Below, one piece after another: positions 57,401-64,000 of a DNA stretch of 64,000 nt. Source of the DNA: Octopus vulgaris. Lineage: Eukaryota. Location: contig OX597825.1 in NCBI GenBank assembly GCA_951406725.2, positions 77,686,001 through 77,750,000 on the forward strand, read 5' to 3'. The translations under genes were made by a program, and so were the position numbers. Numbering within the stretch: position 1 is the stretch's first letter; the number at the start of each line of letters is the position of its first letter. The notes beneath the pieces are model-generated. The model worked only from the letters and a program-made list of their open reading frames with translations, did no database searches and was not told the origin of the DNA.

Positions 57401-58299
57401 GCAGCCTGACTTCCCTATGATAAATCTCTACGATAATAATTACCGACAACTCGAGATAAGCTCGCTACCCTTTCTACGTCAACACGTCATTTTCTCTTTA
57501 GTGACGTTTAAAAAAGATTCCGCCATCAACGTCCACCACCACCAAGCAACAACAGCAACGAAAAAAAACACAGGAATTTCGAATAACTTCTTAGCAATTT
57601 TGTTATTGTTACTATTGTTATGATACCACATCGATGGTAGCTTGTGATTTTTTTTTTGTTGTTGGAAATATGTTAATTGTTTTTTTATTTAGTAAAGAGG
57701 GTTGTTTTGCTTCATTTTTTTTTTGTAGCAACAAAATTTACAAAGGTGCATGACGTGTTTTATCACACTTGTAGGGAGGGTTTATGAAGCAAAAAAAGAA
57801 GCATAAATGTAGCTAAAATAAATTAAACAAAAAATGGAGAATTCTACTAATTTATTCTGAATTAACTAACAGAAAAAAAAGACATAATAATAAAGCCCCT
57901 TAAAATCTCCCCCATTTTTATCTGAAGTATTTCCTTATACAACGCACGAACCAAACTATTATTATGCATATTCAAACTATTTGAAAGAAAATGGCTTCCT
58001 CTCTCTCCTTCAAAGTATTTCCCAAAGCGAGGCTATTAAAGCATCGCTTGAACGATTGCTCTTTCCTTCTCCTTGTTTATTTTTTCGTCGTCACGTCACT
58101 ATTACACCTGTCGTCGTCGTCAACGCATTTGTTGCTTTCTCTTTTACACCGAGGACAATGTTATTTGAACGTATTTGCTATGAATAGACATTCCAGCCGT
58201 GGCATTCTCTCTAATATACGTCGTATTTTCAAACATAGGACGTCCATAAAACATTTTACCTCATACGAAAACCGCAGCATCGTTACTGACAACTGTGAA

Positions 58300-58730
58300 T
58301 ACTCTTTACTCTCTTTTACTCTTTTACTTGTTTCAGTCATTTGACTGCGGCCATGTTGGAGCACCGCCTTTAGTCGAGCAATTCGACCCCAGGACTTATT
58401 GTTTGTAATCCTAGTACTTATTCTATCGGTCTCTTTTGCCGAACCGATAGGTTACGGGGACGTAAGCACACCAGCATCGATTGTCAAGCGATGTTGTGGG
58501 GACAAACACAGATACACAAACATATACACACACATACATATATACATACATTTATATATATATACATACATCTATACTACGAGCTTCTTTCAGTTTCCGT
58601 CTACTAAATCCACTCACAAGGCTTTGGTCGGCCCGAGGCTGTAGTAGAAGACACTTGCCCAAGATGCCACGGAGTGGGACTGAACCCGGAACAATGTGAT
58701 TGATAAGCAAGCTACATATCACACAGCCAC
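58300..58730 (-). mobile_element. SINE family A
   Basis: Reverse complement of the family A consensus. Confidence 0.93.
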
Positions 58731-59918
58731 ATATATTAAGTATGATACGTAGATGACTATTTTAATTTAATACTTCTTCAATTGCGTAAACAGGATTATT
58801 TATTCAGCCCGGCAGCTATTCGCAATAACAGTGAATGCATTATTGACTGTTTCCTATTTGAGAGGCGACAAATATCGATTACTCATGAGGTTGTCTGTAA
58901 GTACAAATCATTGTCAAAACCCAAAAGGCCGAAATGCATCTGGCATTGTAGCTATTCGCTGCGGGATAATTCTTTCGTCTCCCTCCGATGTACTTTGTAT
59001 TTTTACTCACAGCCCATCACCAACACAGTTTCCCTCAGCTAAATTCACTCGCAATGCAAAGGACTACAGTACGAGATGCTTCACGTAGCTATCAAGCGAT
59101 CTTCTCAACCTCAAGTCATCCCTGCGCTGATAATCATGCATATATATATATGTGGCAGGTATAGCTTTTTCCAGTCGAGGCTGGCTATAGCGGATTCCCT
59201 GCTCAGTCGGCATGGAGGATGCTTACAGCCATTGGAATGAGTGATTAGGAGCAAAAAGTGGCTGTGCGCAGGACGGGAAAGGTAGCTGTTGGTTTTGAAG
59301 CAAGAGAGAAGGGTTAAGCTGGAAACCAGGATAATATTTTGCTTAAGTGTATTTGCATGGCCCGTAGTTTATGTTACAAATCGGGAGTTCAAAGTCCTGC
59401 GCATTGGGATCGAACAGGGAACGAGGTAGGTGTGAAACTTACGTTTGAAGTACAGAACCATGCTTGTGCATATAAGCATGTATTGATGAAAGGGACTCAT
59501 CGATGAAGCAGATTTTATGCATCAGCGTTGGTCAGTCGATCTTAAAAATCAATGCTCAAGAACAGATGAAGGCGAAGTGTGTGTATAAGATGTGAGTGTG
59601 AAAGGGGCGTGTTTGTAATGAAAGGCAGTGGTGCGTGTGTGAATGGGAGGGTGTGCGTTTGTGTGTGACTGTGTGGGGGTATGGGCATGCGTGTGTATGT
59701 AGGTGAAGCGTGTGTAAGGTGTGTGAACGAGAAAGAGATGCAAAGTGACTGGAAGGGCTGTGAATTAAGTAGCAAGTGTATGATTAGTCATACTAACTCC
59801 ATACTAACTCCCCAGTATTCTGGCTACAGATGTGGTGGCTACAGATGTAAGTATATATGTATGTAGGTACATGTATATGAATACATGCATGCATATATAC
59901 ATACATACATATATATAC

Positions 59919-59990
<72 letters not shown>

Positions 59991-60168
59991 GAGATATATG
60001 AATGTATGTAAATGTATATGTATATGTACATATATGCATATCAGGATATAACTATATCTGTAAACAGAATCATACATACTCGTATAGACGTTCAAACACA
60101 CACACATGTATATACAGATACGTGTATGTATGAGTATCTGTATATATATGTATATTTATATATACAGT

Positions 60169-60263
<95 letters not shown>

Positions 60264-60688
60264 TCCAACAGATTCCACTGCAGAATATGACAACATAGAA
60301 TAGAAACATGTACAGAAGAGTTTCGAAGGTTTCCCGCAAAGGGTTTGCCGCTGATCAAAATCAATAATTAACATTGTGTATCGAAATAGATTGCTTCTGT
60401 ACAATAGATTACGCGTGGTTTTAAGAAGGCGTTGCAGTAGTGAAACCTCAAAATCCGTTTAAGTGTCCGACATATTGAACGTACACAACAGAAACGGAGT
60501 CAATGCGTTAAGTAACAACGAACGAAAGTCATCGTAAAATCTTATTTAAAGATAAGGTCGTCTTTATCCTCCTAAGTATACAAACACACACGCATACGCA
60601 CAAATATAGAAATATCATATATACATATATGTGTATTTATGAATGTGTATATATTATATATGTACATATGTATGTAAATACATAAATG

Positions 60689-60720
<32 letters not shown>

Positions 60721-60799
60721 GTATGTACATATATATACATATATATATTATATGTGTATATATTATATTCACATATATATATACACACAAACATGTATG

Positions 60800-60851
<52 letters not shown>

Positions 60852-61092
60852 GATACATTGAAACAGATATATACATATATATATATATATGTATGTGTCT
60901 ATGCATATATTTTTATACATACAAAAATACATCCACACACACTCAAACACACACACGCATACGCACACACACACACACACACTCATGTATATGTAAACAA
61001 GTTATTTCTTTTACTCTGTATTTCACTGTGGTTCAGTATACATCTGTGTGTGTTGTTGAGTGCTTGTATGTGTGTGTCTATATGCGTGAGCA

Positions 61093-61124
<32 letters not shown>

Positions 61125-61202
61125 CTTTAAGCGTGTGTACTTTTCTCACCTTGTTTCACATTTATGTGTTTATCGTATATATATATATATATATGTATAT
61201 AC

Positions 61203-61244
<42 letters not shown>

Positions 61245-61924
61245 GTGTGTATATATATATATATATATATACACACACGTATACATACTTAAGTGATATA
61301 CATTTTATAGTTTGTGTGCATTATATAGTCCTATTCCATCAGAGGTGATAACGATATAACACAAGAACCAGAAACAGATAGAAAGAGAATTAGAGAGAGA
61401 GAAAGAAATCAAAAGAGAATGACAGACAGACAGACACAGACAGAGAGAGAGAGAGAGTTTCCAACATTCCAGCATTTCGCATGCAGCTCCATGTGTCGGC
61501 GCGTATTTTTTCTTTTCATCTTCTCATCCTATGCCGCCATGTTGCTGGGCGGGAGTCGAGTTTAAAGGTTTTTAAAAGCCAGTTTTGATGTCAGGTCAAT
61601 GATGGAATCTTCTAGAATGTCTCTCCTCGACACCATTTTATATCCCATCATGCCTGTTTGTTTATTACTTTCTTTATCAATACTTTTTGCAGAGCATTTT
61701 TGTAATTTGATATATTTTTTTATTTATAACTACTTATTTTGTTTGTTTTTTTCTTTTCTTGTGTCGAATTTATATTTTTATTGTTTTCTTTGTTAGGGAT
61801 AAGTCTTCGATGTTTCTTTTTACTTGTTTTTTTTCACAATTTTATCTACTTTGTTTTTACTTATTTCTATGCGTGCACATGTATGAGGACATACATACAT
61901 TTTTATACATATAGCTATATATAA

Positions 61925-62007
<83 letters not shown>

Positions 62008-62770
62008 CATATACACACACACACATATATATATTCACGCTCATTTAAATATACATATGTACATGTGAGAGAGGGCATAGAATCACATTTTGAAATGTGT
62101 TTATTTATCTATCTATCTTTCTCTCTCTCTATAAATATATATATACATATATATACACACACATAGATGTATACATATACACACATGCATACATACATAC
62201 ATACACACACACACATACATACATACATACATACACACACACATACATACATACATACATACATACACACATACATACACACATGCATACATACATACAT
62301 CATACATACATACATACATACATACATACATACATACATACATACATACATACATACATACATACATACATACATACACACGCACATACGTTTGTCACTG
62401 CTAAACCTTTTAGAGTACTTACATTTTATGCTGCTATCAATTAGAGAAATGGATTTCGTTCGGGAAGGGAGACCGGAAAGAGACTGAGAATAAAGAAGAA
62501 TAAAAGAGACGAAAAGGGTAAGGAATATGAAGGAAGCTGGAAAGAAGAAAAGGATGAGAGGGAGAGGCGAACACTGACTGATTGAAACCGAGAGAGAAAA
62601 GGAGAAAGTAAGACAGACAAAACGGTGAGTGGAAAGAGAAAGTGGACGAAGACAGGATAAAAGCCAGGCAGTGATGGATATTTTAAATTTTATTCTATTG
62701 TCTGAAGTTCAAAGGATGGGTTGTATCAACATTTGAAAAAGGGACCATTGTTTGTTAGAATTAGATAGTT

Positions 62771-62813
<43 letters not shown>

Positions 62814-62977
62814 AGAGGTAGAGACAAACAGAGAAACAAACATATAGTCAGAGATAGAGATTGGCGGATAGACATACAGACATACAGACAGATGGACAGA
62901 CGGACAGACAGACATACAGACAAACAGACAGATAGATAGATAGATAAATAGATAGATAGATAGAGATAGATAGATAA

Positions 62978-63062
<85 letters not shown>

Positions 63063-63269
63063 CAAATAGATAGATTTATTTATTTATTTATTGATTGATT
63101 GATTGACTGTTTCTTTCATAGATAGCCTAAGCTAAGAATGAAGGAACCAGAAAAATTCGAGATAGAGAACATAGTATTAACGAGGGGAGTTGCAAAGAAG
63201 CGAGTGCAACTCTATATGTTTGTGCTAACATACACGGAGATGTACTTACGTCTATGCATTACACCCACC

Positions 63270-63304
<35 letters not shown>

Positions 63305-63312
63305 TACTCTTT

Positions 63313-63425
63313 TCACGTAACCGACCAGGCAATCAGATGCTGTTACACATCGCTGGTCACAATGCGCTTCGCATTGTTTTAGCCTTCAAAATGACGCCAC
63401 CCCGCTGGCTAAGCGAGCAGGCCAA
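63313..63425 (-). mobile_element. SINE B2 tail only
   Basis: tcacgtaaccgaccaggcaatcagatg...gacgccaccccgctggctaagcgagcaggccaa. Confidence 0.88.
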
Positions 63426-63504
63426 TATATATATATATATATATGTAAAATTAGTGCACATTTATACACAAAAGAGGTGACCCCTAACAGGACACCTTAC
63501 ATAT

Positions 63505-63807
63505 ATATTTGTCACCTAAATGTGTCTGACCCTTATAGGACGATGTTACTGTAGTTTATAGCGACGGTTTGTCACTGGAAAAAGCATATAAGCGGCGATT
63601 GTCACATGCTGATGACGGCTTAATACTCGGAAACCCGGGTCCGAGTGTATCGCGTAAGGCTAGAGATGAGTACGATGATTCCCCTTCGCAAATACTGATC
63701 GGGCACAGGCAGTCTATCGTTAGCCTGCTGGAGCAGATGTCTTCCTGGGGCTATGAACTACAGTAGCCTCGTCCGATGCGGGTCAGCCTCATTTAGGTGG
63801 CAAATAT
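63505..63807 (+). mobile_element. ~300-bp element with 58-bp imperfect terminal inverted repeats and an internal hammerhead motif
   Basis: Arms 63505-63562 / 63750-63807 match at 49/58 positions; TA-rich flanks; interior GC-richer than the surroundings. Confidence 0.75.
63603..63647 (+). ncRNA. Candidate minimal type-I hammerhead ribozyme; predicted cleavage after C63641 (GUC)
   Basis: CACATG-CTGATGA-CGG(CTTAATAC)TCG-GAAA-CCCGGG-TC-CGAGTG: complete core, stems I and II, palindromic stem/loop III. Confidence 0.55.
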
Positions 63808-63899
63808 ACTTCACAATGTCGAGCTGCTACTGTCTACATCTCGCTCAGAGATTTATTATTGCTATATATATATATATATATATATATTATTTTATTCTA

Positions 63900-64000
63900 A
63901 TACTTCTTTCAGTCATTTGACTGCGGCCATGCTGTCACACATCCTTAAAAGGTTTTAGTCGAATAAATCGACCTCAGGACTCATTCTTTGTAAGCCTAGT
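63900..64000 (-). mobile_element. SINE family A 3' end (runs off the window)
   Basis: tttcagtcatttgactgcggccatgctg...tttagtcgaataaatcgacctcaggact.attctttgtaagcctagt. Confidence 0.85.

Noticed and set aside
59160-59300. Minus-strand peptide pieces (HF/APNHS/MAVSILH) recalling a PLE GIY-YIG C-terminus
   Set aside because: Needs several frameshifts; unsupported without a profile search
63569-63766. 65-aa ORF, and an alternative C/D-box snoRNA reading (TGATGA 63610, CTGA 63696)
   Set aside because: The ORF has a non-ATG start and no known motif; the snoRNA reading lacks a terminal stem and a recognisable guide

Overview
AT-rich, repeat-saturated eukaryotic DNA, intergenic or intronic. The repeat landscape suggests an octopus/coleoid cephalopod genome, which is an inference from recalled repeat families. 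I found no credible host protein-coding exon; almost all supplied ORFs are translations of microsatellites ((TA)n, (CA)n, (GAT)n, (AAT)n, (GATA)n). Real content: (1) at least three tRNA-headed SINE families (A, B, C here) in many copies, with swapped 3' tails, plus older SINEs; (2) decayed transposon coding fragments: two R4/Dong-type RLE endonuclease ends next to (AAT)n, a CR1-like RT piece, a Tx1/L1-like ORF2 end and a Tc1/mariner transposase end; (3) one nearly perfect tRNA-Gln(TTG) fused to a SINE/LINE-type tail; (4) several long fold-back inverted repeats embedded in (TA)n. The most interesting signal is a set of unrelated short elements carrying minimal type-I hammerhead-ribozyme topology (Penelope-pLTR/retrozyme-like). 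The best example is at 63603-63647, inside a ~300-nt element with paired termini. A SINE flanked by a ~160-180 bp direct duplication also stands out. All calls are by eye; the edges of degenerate repeats are approximate.
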